IMG/VR virus record: IMGVR_UViG_3300049988_000286
Span: 435,573-499,572 of that record
From: a virus
Lineage: Duplodnaviria > Caudoviricetes
DNA: 64,000 bases
Reading direction: 5' to 3' (one strand)
The position numbers were made by a program, and so were the translations under genes. How positions within the stretch are numbered: position 1 is the first letter of the stretch; each line of letters starts with the position of its first letter. Under the pieces are notes generated by a model. The model was not told the origin of the DNA, made no database searches, and saw nothing but the letters and a program-made list of their open reading frames with translations. Below are positions 63,164 through 64,000 of the stretch, one piece after another.

Positions 63164-63825
63164 CAGATGTAGCCCTGACGGAAGGCGATATCAGCATCGC
63201 TGGGGCCGCTGGGAGCGCCGTTGGAGGCCGCGAGAACGCGCCCCGCTGTATCGATCGTCAACACTGGGTTGCTGAACGTGCCCGGTGTCACGCCGCTGGC
63301 GGGGAAGCGCGATGCAGAGAAGGTTCCAGTGTTGAGGTTGCTCGCATCGCGGTAGTAGGCACCCTCTTGCCCGTCGAGGAGATCGGCGTCGAGACCAGAG
63401 CCGATGCCGTCATTGTTGGAGTGCCACACCGCATAGCCGTTGAAGGTGATCTGACCACTTCCCGGAACCGCGAGGCGACCCCATGTCGTCAATCCATCAG
63501 CGGTCATGAAATCGAGGACCGCAGCGCCGGGCGAAATTGCTCTGATTAGGATAGCACCGCTACCATTCGCAGCAGTGTTGAAGGTCTGGGGCAAGGCCCA
63601 AGAATTGGCGGCGTTGAGCACCGGCACAGTCGCTCCACTCGTTCCGACATTGTAGGTGATCGTGGTTCCAAGCGTCCGGTAAATCGCGGGCGCGAAGTCG
63701 GAGACCTTGATCTTGTACAATTCGGTAGCGCTGCCTCCAATACCCGAAACGGGGACATAGGCATCGGCGAGTTGCGCTGCGGTGAGCGTGTTCGCGGTTA
63801 GTTCATTGATCTTCTTGACGGCCAT
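63163..63825 (-). CDS. Tail fibre-like protein
   Basis: VWHSNNDGIGSGLDADLLDG tail-fibre motif; TAAATA 5 nt before ATG. Confidence 0.7.
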   Translation of the reverse strand: MAVKKINELTANTLTAAQLADAYVPVSGIGGSATELYKIKVSDFAPAIYRTLGTTITYNVGTSGATVPVLNAANSWALPQTFNTAANGSGAILIRAISPGAAVLDFMTADGLTTWGRLAVPGSGQITFNGYAVWHSNNDGIGSGLDADLLDGQEGAYYRDASNLNTGTFSASRFPASGVTPGTFSNPVLTIDTAGRVLAASNGAPSGPSDADIAFRQGYI

Positions 63826-63859
63826 ACAGCTATTTAGGCCGATGGCTCATCGAAGAAGA

Positions 63860-64000
63860 TCAGAAGTAGGTGATGACCCTTACCGCCCCGGAGGCTCCCG
63901 CCCCGCCAGCACCGCTAGCAAAGCCGTTTGTTGAAGCACCACCGCCACCACCACCGCCGCCGATAGCGCCACCCGCGCCCCCTGCTCCACCGGCAGCAGA
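63860..64000 (-). CDS. Glycine-rich C-terminus of a tail-associated protein (partial)
   Basis: ...GGAGGAGGAIGGGGGGGGAST...GASGAVRVITYF-stop, runs off the window. Confidence 0.6.
   Translation of the reverse strand, partial: SAAGGAGGAGGAIGGGGGGGGASTNGFASGAGGAGASGAVRVITYF

Noticed and set aside
63860-64000. GGT/GGC-rich low-complexity tract
   Set aside because: Explained as the Gly-rich C-terminus of a tail-associated CDS, not a DNA repeat element.

Overview
This 64 kb window is part of a large T4-like (jumbo) myophage genome. The host is probably an alphaproteobacterium, inferred from a Sphingomonas-style glycine-zipper protein and alphaproteobacterial-looking promoters. Core genes are UvsX, gp32-like SSB, a gp17-like terminase, a gp23-like capsid paralog and a tail-fibre module. 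Translation and repair accessory genes include def, tyrS, cysS, a class II aaRS-like core, Tpt1/KptA, NADAR, CYTH, pyrE and a DNA methyltransferase. There are two small tRNA clusters. Top finding: both tRNA clusters are preceded by the same cassette, TGTTGACRCCC-N15-ATAAATA-N5-ATGAACACG, which opens a short leader ORF followed by mutually exclusive hairpins. The leader codons match the downstream tRNAs: MNTQSHHTYYHYHA precedes Tyr/His tRNAs, and MNTTYTLMERERSIG precedes two Glu tRNAs with a complete 1:2 / 2:3 / 3:4+U-tract attenuator. This looks like a ribosome-stalling sensor that switches on replacement tRNAs when the cognate host tRNA is depleted or cleaved, and the tRNAs themselves are structurally atypical. 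Other notable items: 18 TAAATA boxes only 4-5 nt before a start codon (probably leaderless late mRNAs); 13 dispersed proteins with a T4-capsid-targeting-like N-terminal tag fused to different enzyme domains; a candidate ~450 nt structured ncRNA; and a small protein ending in -RGG near a Cys-containing candidate partner. All function calls come from motif reading by eye; no database searches or folding programs were run.
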